A stretch of DNA of 64,000 bases from Octopus bimaculoides. Its lineage: Eukaryota. Below the pieces are notes generated by a model. That model was given only the letters and a program-made list of their open reading frames with translations, was not told the origin of the DNA and made no database searches. The stretch lies in contig NC_068992.1 of assembly GCF_001194135.2 (NCBI RefSeq), positions 64,668,635 through 64,732,634 on the forward strand. Direction: 5' to 3'. The translations under genes were made by a program, and so were the position numbers. Within the stretch, counting starts at the first letter, position 1; each line of letters opens with the position of its first letter. Positions 48,296 through 61,827 of the stretch are shown here, piece after piece.

Positions 48296-49420
48296 TCCTC
48301 ATCCCCTCTTTCTCCCGCCAATATTATTTTTGCTAAGTTTATAATTTGCTTGCTAATTGTCCTTTCAGTACTTCCTCACCTCCGCCCTACATTAAATGCG
48401 TTAAACACAAACTTGACTCTGTCTTGGAAAGATAAGTCGAAGGTTTTTCTACATTTGGGTAAGAGTTAATCTCTGGTGTGACGAGTTTAGGTTGAAGAGC
48501 ACAACAAAAGCGATGACATGTAACTCTGACCGAAGTTGGAACAAAAGAAAGAGAAAAAGAAATAGAAAGGAAAGAAAGGAAAGAAAAGAAAAGGAAAAAG
48601 AAAAGCAAGAAGAAAGAAACATGTTACCTCAATCACAACAAAGCTAGACAATCTTTTATCAGAGCTGGCTGAATGCTTACAGAAAATCGATAGCTCAACA
48701 TGAGAGTTGAAAAGCGAATTCATACGTTGATAAAAGGCAACGAGATTTTTGACCTACAGAAAAATCTTTAGCAAAAATGATTGAATCATGCATTACGTTA
48801 GATTGACGGTTAAAGATGAAACAGATTTAGTTTGATAGGTTTTGCTTTGATCGCCTTCCCATTTGGAATGAGAGAAATGAAGGAAAACGGTGATATTGTT
48901 GGTTTTTAATTCTAGGTCAGCACTGATTGTGATACAAGACTCACAATCAAAGATCTTCCAATCATGGTCAACCAGCTTTGTTTTTCTAGGTTAGTATATA
49001 TAGTATACAGAGAAATACATTAATATTTAATACCTTTTAAACAGTAGGGTGTGATTTGAGGAAGATTTAGTCGTCATTTCTAGCGTGTCGAGCTACCGCG
49101 AAAGAGCAAGGATTTTCAACCATTTTCTGATTCCATATCCCCTAAAACATTCCTCAATCTATCCCCATACCCTGATCCCCAGAGTGTCGAAATCATCCTC
49201 CATTCATCCGATTACTAAGGCGGATCAACGAAGACGCTCACTTCACCTCTAAATCCGCTGAAAGCTCAAGCTAACCAGATTAGTCTTAATACGTTTTGGA
49301 CACCGCAAAAGCTGTCGAAAGATTTCTACAGAAGTGTCTTCATTGCAGATTAAAATGTAAATTTTACTTTCTAAGCTTCACGGATTGTACCTGTCATGTA
49401 CTGGGGTCGCTTAAACCAAC

Positions 49421-49600
49421 TCTTCTTCTTCTTCTTCTTCTTCTTCTTCTTCTTCTTCTTCTTCTTCTTCTTCTTCTTCAATAACATCACCACCACCGCC
49501 GCCGCCGCTACCACCACTACCACCACCACCTCCACTGCTGTCANNNNNNNNNNCCACCACCATAATATTAGTGGCTGCAAGCATAAAACCGTATAAATAA

Positions 49601-49680
<80 letters not shown>
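49421..49680. repeat. (TTC)n, (ACC)n and (CTAT)n microsatellites
   Basis: Direct inspection. Confidence 0.95.
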
Positions 49681-49681
<1 letters not shown>

Positions 49682-49920
49682 ATTAAGGTACTTAAAAAAC
49701 TCCGAAGCCATATATATATATATATATATATATCTTCGTGTGTATAAGTATGTGTGGCTGGATGCATGTGAATTCGCATATATATAAGTGTGTATATGTA
49801 CGTGCCTGCATATATCTGTGTGTACATGTATTTTTTGCTCTCATGCATTTGAATCTACCTCTGGGTTGGACCGCTGAACTCTATACGTTTTTTTTCATTC
49901 TTTGTTTATTTTCTCTTATT

Positions 49921-49958
49921 TCTTTCTGTTGAAGAGCGCAGGCTCGAAACGTAAAAGA
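49921..49958 (+). ncRNA. Hammerhead-like motif with non-canonical CUGUUGAA core
   Basis: TCTTT-CTGTTGAA-GAGC-GCAG-GCTC-GAAA-CG-TA-AAAGA. Confidence 0.45.
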
Positions 49959-50949
49959 CTTTTTCTTTTCTCCCGAGCGTCAAACTAATACACTTGCTTG
50001 TTATTCGTACACCTGCCTTCGTCTTTGGTTTTTCTATAAATTTCAACTATGTATATATGTGCATATATGTGCATTTAGGGTGCACTTATGTGTCTTCCAT
50101 ATACATAAATGTAGATATTCACACATGCGTTCATACATATGCAAACACTGAACTTACTACAGTATCTTACCACCTTTTCCCTCTTTCACTATTAATATAT
50201 ATTTACACACATCCACACACACACACGCATACACACGCACACAGGCACGCATACGCGCGCACACACAGACGCACACACATACGCATACACACATGCACGC
50301 ACACACACACGCGTATCCCCCAACCCTACACATACACGCACACACGTACACACACACACGCACATGCACCCCCCCCCCACACACACATGCACGCACACAC
50401 TACTGTAAGTTGTGTAAACGTGTGTGTGTGTGTATGGATCGTTTTGCATTACCGAATAATTCTTAACTTGGAAGAGAACGAATAGAGAAAAATAAACAAA
50501 GAAAAAAATAAAGATCCAACAAAAACTAAGAAAGACACCGCAAAAATAAAAATAAAAGTAACAAATAAAAAATAAAAATAAAAATAAATCATGAACAAAA
50601 AACCCAACAAAATATATATACGGAAGGAAAAATATTTAAAAAATGGTCTTGGATATATTTTGGGAGAATTTCAAATTCATGTTTGAAGTCATGACTTTGT
50701 TTTGTGAAAAAAAAAGCTTAGTTTCGTGCAATTATTTATTGTGGTTGTGTGGTGAGAAAGATGGCATTGGCACGGTTGGGTGGTCAGGAAGTTAGCTTTG
50801 CAACTAAGCGGTTTCGGGTTCTAACCTATTAGGGATTATATTTGAAATCCTGCGGGTTCTTGGGCAAATGTGCTGTACTTAAGCCTCGGGTAGATTTATA
50901 CACTGAGAGCGAATTTGATAGAATTTGGAAACTGTGTGGAATTCACACG

Positions 50950-51010
<61 letters not shown>

Positions 51011-51011
51011 C

Positions 51012-51071
<60 letters not shown>
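50950..51071. repeat. (CTAT)n microsatellite
   Basis: Direct inspection. Confidence 0.95.
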
Positions 51072-51075
<4 letters not shown>

Positions 51076-51083
51076 AGAGCAGC

Positions 51084-52258
51084 GACATCTCCGGCTCTAC
51101 GTAGACAGCGGTGAACAGGTGTGGTCACCGTTTGTGCGGCGCGCTTTCCCGCAGCTCGTCTCCATGACCGAACTGCAGTCATGGATCAAGAAGAGGCCGA
51201 GGAAGGGCGAATGGCACCGCGAGTNNNNNNNNNNNNNNNNNNNNNNNNNNNNNNNNNNNNNNNNNNNNNNNNNNNNNNNNNNNNNNNNNNNNNNNNNNNN
51301 NNNNNNNNNNNNNNNNNNNNNNNNNNNNNNNNNNNNNNNNNNNNNNNNNNNNNNNNNNNNNNNNNNNNNNNNNNNNNNNNNNNNNNNNNNNNNNNNNNNN
51401 NNNNNNNNNNNNNNNNNNNNNNNNNNNNNNNNNNNNNNNNNNNNNNNNNNNNNNNNNNNNNNNNNNNNNNNNNNNNNNNNNNNNNNNNNNNNNNNNNNNN
51501 NNNNNNNNNNNNNNNNNNNNNNNNNNNNNNNNNNNNNNNNNNNNNNNNNNNNNNNNNNNNNNNNNNNNNNNNNNNNNNNNNNNNNNNNNNNNNNNNNNNN
51601 NNNNNNNNNNNNNNNNNNNNNNNNNNNNNNNNNNNNNNNNNNNNNNNNNNNNNNNNNNNNNNNNNNNNNNNNNNNNNNNNNNNNNNNNNNNNNNNNNNNN
51701 NNNNNNNNNNNNNNNNNNNNNNNNNNNNNNNNNNNNNNNNNNNNNNNNNNNNNNNNNNNNNNNNNNNNNNNNNNNNNNNNNNNNNNNNNNNNNNNNNNNN
51801 NNNNNNNNNNNNNNNNNNNNNNNNNNNNNNNNNNNNNNNNNNNNNNNNNNNNNNNNNNNNNNNNNNNNNNNNNNNNNNNNNNNNNNNNNNNNNNNNNNNN
51901 NNNNNNNNNNNNNNNNNNNNNNNNNNNNNNNNNNNNNNNNNNNNNNNNNNNNNNNNNNNNNNNNNNNNNNNNNNNNNNNNNNNNNNNNNNNNNNNNNNNN
52001 NNNNNNNNNNNNNNNNNNNNNNNNNNNNNNNNNNNNNNNNNNNNNNNNNNNNNNNNNNNNNNNNNNNNNNNNNNNNNNNNNNNNNNNNNNNNNNNNNNNN
52101 NNNNNNNNNNNNNNNNNNNNNNNNNNNNNNNNNNNNNNNNNNNNNNNNNTTTTTTTTTTTTTTTTTTTTTTTTCCTTCCTTCCCCCTCCCAAAAAGAAAA
52201 GCTCTACATTGTATTTGTCCCATCTTCGTTGAGCCCTGTGTGGCTAATAAAAGAAATG
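51084..52258 (+). mobile_element. 5'-truncated Tx1/L1-type retrotransposon with a 14-bp target-site duplication
   Basis: TATCTTAGAGCAGC at 51070-51083 and 52259-52272; GC-rich ORF2-like [39 protein letters not shown]; ends in AATAAAGAAATG; interior is mostly an N gap. Confidence 0.7.
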
Positions 52259-52259
52259 T

Positions 52260-52620
52260 ATCTTAGAGCAGCAAAATTGGTCCGGTAAAACGATCCAGGC
52301 CTTGATGCAGATAGATCAGAATTCAATCAATAGTATTCCACATCAAATTGAGCTGCCAGACGGCCATAACCTACACGTGGTGGTAGAAGGTAGGAAGCCT
52401 GGATGTTACACGTGTGGAAGCGAAGAGCACCTCAAAGCCAAGTACCCAACAGCAATGAAACAACAAAAATAACAAGAAATGAACAACTACCACAACAAGG
52501 AAAAAGCGAAAGGAAAAAAGAACCCTTGTTACCCACACCACCACCAACACAGAAGATAAGCAAAGGGTGTACGACAAAAGAAATACACAAACGAAACACG
52601 CCAACGCCAACAAATGAACA
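52260..52620 (+). mobile_element. Degenerate Tx1/L1-type ORF1 remnant with a zinc-knuckle-like motif
   Basis: LEQQNWSGKTIQALMQID...ELPDGHNLHVVVEGRKPGCYTCGSEEHLKAK (CX2CX4H; last Cys lost). Confidence 0.55.
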
Positions 52621-52885
52621 TACACCAGCACCTGGTATATATGTGTGTGTGTTTGTTCGTGTGTGTGTGTATATATGTGCGTTTGTGTGTGTGTCTGCGC
52701 GTATGTATGTGCGTTTGTGTGTGTGTGTGTGTATGTTCATGTGTATGGATGTGCTTGTGTGTGTTTAATACAGCTACACGTGTATTTACTATATATACAA
52801 CGTTATATATGTACAAACCTCATAAATACACGCAAGGCTTAAAGGCACACGCGCATTATGTATGTGTATTTGTGTTTGTATGTTC

Positions 52886-52933
<48 letters not shown>

Positions 52934-53029
52934 GCACACACATACACACACGCAGACACACACACTAATTCAAACGTACACATATATACACATACACAAT
53001 ACTGAACACACGCGTCGAAATATAAAAAC

Positions 53030-53190
53030 TATGTTATTAATCTCGCTCGACGTGAACAGATTTGACAGGAATTTTCGCTCTGTTCTTACGAGCTTCTTAC
53101 ACGTTAGCTGCCATTCCAGCACTTTCTGACACGCTATGATTATAGCAAGATCATCACAAAACACGAAGTATAGAATCTCTAACTCCTTCA
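53030..53190 (-). mobile_element. Degenerate non-LTR reverse-transcriptase fragment
   Basis: LYFVFCDDLAIIIACQKVLEWQL resembles the YADD-motif region. Confidence 0.35.
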
Positions 53191-53473
53191 ATTACTTGCT
53201 GATTTCTTGGTGATTTCTGGTAGGTTTCTAACGAATTGCAATACTTGAAAACAATGTTATTTCGCTGCAGGAAAATGTTGTTTCTTTCGTTGAAGGTACT
53301 GATGTTTCTAGATACAGGCGTAGGGCATCGCTTTTGGTAAGAGACTTGTTTCTCAACCACATCGTCCTGAGTTCAGTCCCACTGCGTGGCACTTTGGACA
53401 AGTGCTGAGAAATACGTGATAGAGAGAAATAAAGTATTATGAAGAGAGATGGATAAAATAGATATATAAAGTG

Positions 53474-53645
<172 letters not shown>

Positions 53646-53749
53646 ATATCAGTGCTTCGCGGTATTTCGTCTGCCGTTACGTTCTGAGTTCAAATTCCGC
53701 CGAGGTCGACTTTGCCTATCTTTGTGTCTGTCTGTCTAAACATATATCG

Positions 53750-54185
53750 GCACAGGCGTGGCTGTGTGGTAAGTAGCTTGCTTACCAACCACATGACTCC
53801 GGGTTCAGTTCCTCAGCGTAGCACCTTGGGCAAGTGTCTTCTACTATAGCCTCGGGGCCAGCCAAAGCCTTGTGAGTGGATTTGGTGGACGGAAACTGAA
53901 AGAAGCCCGTCGTATGTATACATATATATGTATAAATACTTTATTTATAAATATAAAGTTATTCCTTTATATGTGTTATGTGTGTGTGTGTGTGTGTGTT
54001 TGTCCCCACCATCGCTTGACAACCGGTGTTGGTGTATTTACGTCACCGTAACGTAGCTGTTCGGTCAAACAGATCGACAGAATTAGTACCAGGCTTTTAA
54101 AAAAGCACTGGAGGGCAATTCATTCGACTAAAAATCATTCAAGGCGGTGCCCCAGCATGGCCGCAGTCTAATGACAGACAAGCAA
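53750..54185 (+). mobile_element. Near full-length tRNA-derived SINE, family B
   Basis: Head GGCGTGGCTGTGTGGTAAG...GAAAGAAGCCCGTCG, TA/TG spacer, then CCCACCATCGCTTGACAACC...CCAGCATGGCCGCAGTC. Confidence 0.85.
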
Positions 54186-54232
54186 AATATATAGACACGC
54201 ACACATTACTACTACTACTACTGCTGCTGCTG

Positions 54233-54268
<36 letters not shown>

Positions 54269-54588
54269 TGGCTGACGTATGCATGTTTGACAGTGCTAGG
54301 TGTGGTATTTCTTCGTAAGAGTTTATCTCTGAAATTGTTCCACATTTTCGGTCAATAATTTTCGTGATAACGTTAAACCGAATGGAAGCATCACCTTTTC
54401 ATATCTCAATATGGTTGGCCTTATCGACAAACTCTTGCATGTTCAATGCGAAGCTATCTACACGCGCGCGCGCGCACACACACACACGCACACACGCATA
54501 CATTCACATATACAGACACACACGCACATATGTATGCGTGTGTATATATATGTAAATGTATGTAATTGTGATTACACAGTAAGTTTTG

Positions 54589-54620
<32 letters not shown>

Positions 54621-55627
54621 NNNNNNNNNNNNNNNNNNNNNNNNNNNNNNNNNNNNNNNNNNNNNNNNNNNNNNNNNNNNNNNNNNNNNNNNNNNNNNNN
54701 NNNNNNNNNNNNNNNNNNNNNNNNNNNNNNNNNNNNNNNNNNNNNNNNNNNNNNNNNNNNNNNNNNNNNNNNNNNNNNNNNNNNNNNNNNNNNNNNNNNN
54801 NNNNNNNNNNNNNNNNNNNNNNNNNNNNNNNNNNNNNNNNNNNNNNNNNNNNNNNNNNNNNNNNNNNNNNNNNNNNNNNNNNNNNNNNNNNNNNNNNNNN
54901 NNNNNNNNNNNNNNNNNNNNNNNNNNNNNNNNNNNNNNNNNNNNNNNNTATATATATATATATATATATATGTATATGTCAGCTTATGCGCTCGTATATT
55001 TTTCATAATACTTTTTATTGTGGAAGGTCATTTTTTTTCTAGATTTAGTAAGTAGATTTAATTTAGTTTAGGTGAGGGTATGCATGGGTAGCTAAATGGA
55101 TAGAACGCTAAGCAGCTTGCCGAGAAAATCGCTTGTCGTCAGGAAGACGTCTATGTCGCCATTTTGTATCAGTTTTAGTAGAGGGCGCAGCGTTGTTCAG
55201 CTTTTGTCTCACGTTGTTCTTATCGAACAGGAAATTATTCGAGACAATTAATTAGAATAAATAAATTGATAGGATGACATAATTAGTTTAGTAAATCAGC
55301 AAACGGATGGAAAATAAGACGAGACAAACACAAGAAGAGAATACTAATTGAGATGTTCGTTAGGAAAAAAAAGAAAAAAGATGAAAAAGGAAAAAAAAAA
55401 CTACAGAGAGACAAAAAAGGAAGTAAAACAAACCAGATTTGACTGAAATATATCTTTTGATAAATAGAAAATCGATATTTACTTATCAACAAGCGTCGTA
55501 TAAATAAGTCGTACCCACTCTTTACATTGCTCTGTGTCCGTGTACACCATATGACGTGTGCGTATGTATGTGACAGAGCCGCGCACACATGCCTGCATGA
55601 ATATATGTGTGTGTGAATGTATGTATG

Positions 55628-55664
<37 letters not shown>

Positions 55665-56304
55665 CATTGACCACTAACGTGGACATTCAGGTCTTATTAG
55701 ACACAAGATGTAATCTATTTCTAGCACACNNNNNNNNNNNNNNNNNNNNNNNNNNNNNNNNNNNNNNNNNNNNNNNNNNNNNNNNNNNNNNNNNNNNNNN
55801 NNNNNNNNNNNNNNNNNNNNNNNNNNNNNNNNNNNNNNNNNNNNNNNNNNNNNNNNNNNNNNNNNNNNNNNNNNNNNNNNNNNNNNNNNNNNNNNNNNNN
55901 NNNNNNNNNNNNNNNNNNNNNNNNNNNNNNNNNNNNNNNNNNNNNNNNNNNNNNNNNNNNNNNNNNNNNNNNNNNNNNNNNNNNNNNNNNNNNNNNNNNN
56001 NNNNNNNNNNNNNNNNNNNNNNNNNNNNNNNNNNNNNNNNNNNNNNNNNNNNNNNNNNNNNNNNNNNNNNNNNNNNNNNNNNNNNNNNNNNNNNNNNNNN
56101 NNNNNNNNNNNNNNNNNNNNNNNNNNNNNNNNNNNNNNNNNNNNNNNNNNNNNNNNNNNNNNNNNNNNNNNNNNNNNNNNNNNNNNNNNNNNNNNNNNNN
56201 NNNNNNNNNNNNNNNNATATATATATATATATAAACATGCAGACATATACACTTTTACTATTTTACTAGTATCAGCCATGGGGTTGCGGTCATGCTGGAG
56301 CACC

Positions 56305-56705
56305 GCCATGGTCTTTCTGATTTCCTCAGTCTGGGATATTTCACATCACCACTCCTGTATGTACCTTTGTTCCAGCTGTTGGCCCATTTGGTGTATAAGG
56401 GACTTCAATTCCGCTGCACTGTTGCAACATTTTTATTGTAGTGACGTTGGACTGCTTCAAGCTCCGCTGATAGTTTGGCACTATGTGGTGACCATAACTG
56501 GGAACAGTAGCCCAGGCGGCTGAGAACAAAGTGTCAACATAGTTTCTTGGTCTCTTGTCTTGAACGGCCTCAGTATCCATCTTGTCTGTTGTCTGTACTT
56601 TGCTGCCATCTTGGTAATGTGCATATAAAATGATGTGTCATTGCACATACTGATCCCCAAGTCTTTCACTACCTGTGACTCTGGCATTGTAGTGCCTTCT
56701 GGTCC
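56305..56705 (-). mobile_element. CR1-type LINE ORF2 C-terminal fragment
   Basis: SQVVKDLGISM...WILRPFKTRDQETMLTL/YCSQLWSPHS...ELEAVQR. Confidence 0.8.
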
Positions 56706-56709
56706 TATA

Positions 56710-56935
56710 CGAGGTCCGATCAGTCAGTATCCGGACTGTTGCCATAGTAACGAAGCTAAAGCACGCAGAGTGAAGCCGTTTGGCACAAATTGACCTTGAC
56801 CTCTGCTCTGAGAAGCATTTGTCTGCCAAATTAGTGCCAAAACTGTTTTCAGCTGACCAAAAGGACACTCGGTTTTCAGTTGTACAAGATTTCATGGATT
56901 GTATTGAGAACGATAAAAACTTTTTAAAAACTTTG
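56710..56935 (+). mobile_element. Mariner-like fragment abutting the CR1 remnant at a TA
   Basis: TA-CGAGGTCCGATCAGTCAGTATCCGGACTG TIR-like start; KHLSAKLVPKLFSADQKDTR...CIENDKNFL. Confidence 0.7.
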
Positions 56936-58067
56936 CGTAGGCCTCTGCACAGGTATCGCCAAGCTTTTGGCAAAATTTGATGCAGATTCTCTGCGCAACT
57001 TTCTCTGTCATGGTCAATGCGACGATCACACGCTACACATGTTCCTTTCAAGCACAGTGGAATGTGTGCATATATATATATGTGTATACACACACACACA
57101 CATGTATGTATATATATAAATATATATGTATATATATAGATATATATGTATATATATATGTGTGTGTGTGTATATATATATACATACATATATGCCTATA
57201 CATGTGTGTGTATGTATGTGTATGTGTTTGTGTTAATGAATGTGTGCGTGTGTATGTAACTGAAGTACAATAAAAAGCAACTTGTTCTCAATAAATTAAG
57301 TCGTGCATCTAGAATTTGTAAATAATTTATTTGCTTGAAGCTCGGTCAAAATCAGAAACCGTGAAGAATTAATGTAAACAATTGAAATTAATAAAATTTC
57401 GAAAGGAAAGACAAAAGGAGGTAATTGAAGAGAGAGAGAGAGGGGAGAGAGAGGGAGAGGGAGAGAGGGGGAGGTAGAGAGGGGGGGGGAGACTGAAGAA
57501 AGAAGAAAGAGATTTAGTGGTAAACGACTAATTATATTCTCATCAGAGTAGCTTAACATCACCGTTTATTTCCTTTCTTTCTTTCTTTCTTTCTTTCTGG
57601 ACAATTTATTGTTGCTACCGGGGTTGGCGCTCCAATCGTCGTAAAAACGATCGGTCGTAAGACGATAGAAAATTTCAGTTACGCAACTATTCAAATCATT
57701 ACACAGTAAACGAAATAATCTGCGCATTTTGAGCAAGGATAAATATTTTAAATTGTTATCTTCTTAGTTTATAAGCTGAAGAGTAAGTAGAAACAAGGAT
57801 GAAATTATTGCTTTATCTTTGTGAAAATTAACGGGAATAAATTCATTAAATATATTTATATGTGAATAAATTTACTAATCTGTCGGATAAATATATCTAT
57901 GATAAAATTAAATAGAATTATATATACTAAAATTGAAAATCAATAAATTTATAAATATTATACATAAATTACACAACAGTGATATCTACATACGAATAGA
58001 TATTGAACAGTGGACAACGTATGTCTCTGTGAATAATTATATATATGACTGTGTATACGTCAAAATT

Positions 58068-58074
58068 GAAATGT

Positions 58075-58134
<60 letters not shown>

Positions 58135-58156
58135 TAGAGAGACAGAGAGAGAGAGA

Positions 58157-58188
<32 letters not shown>

Positions 58189-58320
58189 ATGGAAAAAACG
58201 TGTAGATTTCAGCTCTGTGTGCTTTCTTCTTCTTCTTCTTCTTCTTCTTCTTCTTCTTCTTCTTCTTCTTCTTCTTCTTCTTCTTCTTCTTCTTCTTCTT
58301 CTTCTTCTTCTTCTTCTTCA
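58068..58320. repeat. (GA)n and (TTC)n microsatellites
   Basis: Direct inspection. Confidence 0.95.
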
Positions 58321-58597
58321 AAGTATTCTCCATTTGTTTCGGCCACCGTTTTCCCCAGCAGAAAACAGAATTTCACGGAAGCACGCTATTCCTTCGTTCC
58401 AACCACGGCAAAAACCGACGAACATGGGAGGAGCACTGCAAAAGGAATACGCACCACGTGGAAGTAGGACATGAAACGACGACGCCGGTTGGCAGACTGA
58501 TGCCTGTGGGTCGCATCAAGTGGCTTCTAGTGGCGAAAGCCCGAACTACAACAGGCTTGTCCCACAGAAAGTTTCCGGTTACTTTTGGGTACCTCTC

Positions 58598-58632
<35 letters not shown>

Positions 58633-58792
58633 CACAATAACCAACCTTCAATTTGATTTTCCGTTCCTCGTTTAATCGGAAACAAATTGCCGTGCTATTC
58701 ATAAACCTTCTCGGGAGTTCAATTATTTGGCATAAAATATTCCACCAAAGCAACATAAACCGTCCAAAAGACGGGGGCATTTGCTAGTATAA

Positions 58793-58860
<68 letters not shown>

Positions 58861-60384
58861 TTACAGTTAGATTTCTATCCTATAAGATATATTTGCTTAA
58901 ATGATGTTACATACTCAACTGGAAGTATTATTAAAGCATACCAAATTACAATTTAAATACGCTGTTCGAAGTACACACGGCAATATATTATGTAATACAC
59001 CTGTATTTCTGCATAGAATTGCATGAACAGAAGTAAATGTGAAGTACAATAATAACAGTTGTTAGTTGAATATATTCAATTAATGCTATCAGTTAACCTC
59101 GTTAGTGTGTAAGCTCTAAAAGCGCGTTTCTAAGGTTATGAATTGTATCTCAAGTGCCGTAGAAATTGCTGATCGCATTGTTAGATAGAAGCTAAATGTT
59201 AAATTAAATTATTATTTTAAAGCAAATTTAAGAGCAACTACAGAACATTTACTGTTGAGGAGACTCAATACAGAAATTAGAGTAAAATATATTCGTGTAG
59301 ACTGGGACTTTAGGTTTTGCCTGACGGTTTATTCAGCTTGTTGAATCTCTTTATAACAGCTCATTTTTACTATAGGTACAAGACCTGATATTTAAGGGGA
59401 GGAGCGCTAGTCGATTACATCGACTCCGTTACGCAACTGGTACCTATCTAAGAGACCCCGAAACGACGAAGGCCATATAGGGATGGGATCTCATTGTTGG
59501 TAGTTATGAAATTGTAAGCTGTACGTTTCTCAGACTGTATGTATGTGTATGTATAGTGCTGTTTAGCCAACCCCAAAGAATCGGTATACCAGATTTCTTG
59601 TATATTGATATTTCAGACATCCACCACAATATCGACTCCAATTTTATAGAACCTGTGGAAGTCGAAGTTTTACATCATTCTCTCTATATGACCCAAGAGA
59701 AGAAATTGAAGCTTGGTATTTGACAAAACACCCCTCACATCTGTCCAGCTTTGTTTTGATTTTATACATCCAACTGGAAATCAATTCAAACATAAAGGAT
59801 CAAATTAGATTATCCTCAAATCCCTTTCGCACGATATGATGAAATAAATCAGAAAGGATTGATGACAGCAATATACGGCAGTTGTAGTCAGTGTGTTCTG
59901 AGAAAGAAAACTATCTCGCAAAGTGTTATCTCAATTATATAATGCTGTTTATGGGAAGATGAAATAAGCTTCCAGGATTAAAAAAAAAATGAATGAAAAT
60001 AAGATAAAACCTAGAATAGAAATGAATTCAGTGAAAGAATTGCTTCAAATAATTAGAATGTTGTCAGATGTTCCCGTCTGAAAGAAAGAGAAATGAAATA
60101 AAAGAGGCCTGAATAGTTATATAAGTAGTTCCCATTTTGTTACTAGTTTTTATTTATTGCTATTTTTATTTGCTATGCCTCAGCAAATAGCAAAATAAGT
60201 GCACACAATGAAGCTCACAGATCGGTAAAATCTTAAGCGCACGATATAACTACATTATCATTATTCATCTTGGACAAAATTCTTTTAGTAACTGAATCTA
60301 CAGTGTCTTGTATAACATATGCAGCAGTTATTAAAACCATAGCTAATAAAAGATGAGGGCGTCTCATATATTCTTAAGGATCTA

Positions 60385-60550
60385 GTCTTTTTCATTCGCA
60401 AAATGAGACCCCTGTTGTACTCTTCCACCCCAAATTTTCCTCACTCTCTCTTCCTGTTTCTTGAGTAACGCTGCGATGGACTGGCGTCCCGTCCAGTTGG
60501 GGGGAACACATACACCCATGACCCTAGCTAGGCTTGAAAAGGGCGCATAA
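60385..60550 (+). mobile_element. SINE-like fragment with a conserved central-domain-like motif
   Basis: CTGCGATGGACTGGCGTCCCGTCCAG resembles central domains of widespread animal SINEs; superfamily not assigned. Confidence 0.35.
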
Positions 60551-60618
60551 ATAATGATAAATAAAAAATATGTACATGCATATGCATGTATGTAGGTATG
60601 TATATGTCCTTATGTCTG

Positions 60619-60692
<74 letters not shown>

Positions 60693-61404
60693 AAAGAGAA
60701 TATAAATTGATTGTTTGAAAGATAGAGAAAAAGAAGGCGAGTACTTCGAACTTTAAGTTTCTTCGTATGAACAGATATTGTATACAGATAAATAAAAGAA
60801 AGCGTTGACTGCTTCCATGGAAAAACATCTTCCAGAACATTTCTTTGTCTAAATGTGAAATCCGAATTCCTATGGAGAAGACAAGAAGTATCTGGTTTCG
60901 GATGGATGGTTTATCATTGAAAATATTTCTGCAGAAAAGCCGAAGAATTAGCCATGAAAACAGATCCAATTGTTGCAGTAATCCTTTAGACATGACTTCT
61001 GTATTTGCTATTATTTACCGAGAATACACTTGAGATGAAGATATCGGAATACTGATATATTTGCTTGGCATTACAACACGAGTGTATCGGGTGAAAAGTA
61101 AACAGTTTTCGTAACATCTGGTGGCCATGTTTAGCAAAGACCTCAACATCGATTTATTAGTATTACTTTTTTCTTTTGGTCACACACAGTCATAGACACA
61201 TACTTAATCACGTACAAACACAAATACATGTATATATAAAATATGTATGAATTTTGGATATATTAAAGACATTGCATGTATGTATACGCACATTATCTAC
61301 TGCATATATATTCATAATATTCATACACGCACAAACGCTCACTCACCACACAGACACACACACACACACACACATATACATAGATATATGTATGCATATA
61401 TATG

Positions 61405-61451
<47 letters not shown>

Positions 61452-61639
61452 TTATTATATGTATTTATTTTCTCCTAATTAATAAATAACTCGGACAAAA
61501 TAAATTGGTTAATAGATACCAGGGTAGCAAAGATCACAAAATAACTGTGGTGCAACTCCTGTTTATGAGGTAGAAACTCCTTGGGTACTTGGGTACTTGG
61601 GTATATATAAATTTAGTAAATGGAGTAAAACGCATAAGG

Positions 61640-61776
61640 GCAGCCATTTCAGGAGTAAGTCGAAAGGATGAAAGGCAAAGTCGATCTCGGCAGAATTTGA
61701 ACTCAGAATGTAGTGGCAGACGAAATACCGCTAAGCATTTTACCCGGCGCGCTAACGATTCTGCCAGCTCGCCGCC

Positions 61777-61827
<51 letters not shown>

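Noticed and set aside
58497-58575. CTGATG...TGTGGG/CCCACA-GAAA hammerhead look-alike
   Set aside because: Core A9 is missing and there is no stem I or III; the region reads as a decayed RTE-like ORF2 end.
59230-59900. Possible L1-like RT remnant (FIQLVESLYNS)
   Set aside because: Only a short motif is recognisable; not enough to call boundaries.
60800-61000. Possible piggyBac-like transposase remnant (YGEDKKYLVSDGWF/AEELAMK)
   Set aside because: Similarity is too weak and split across frames; no TTAA or TIR was found.
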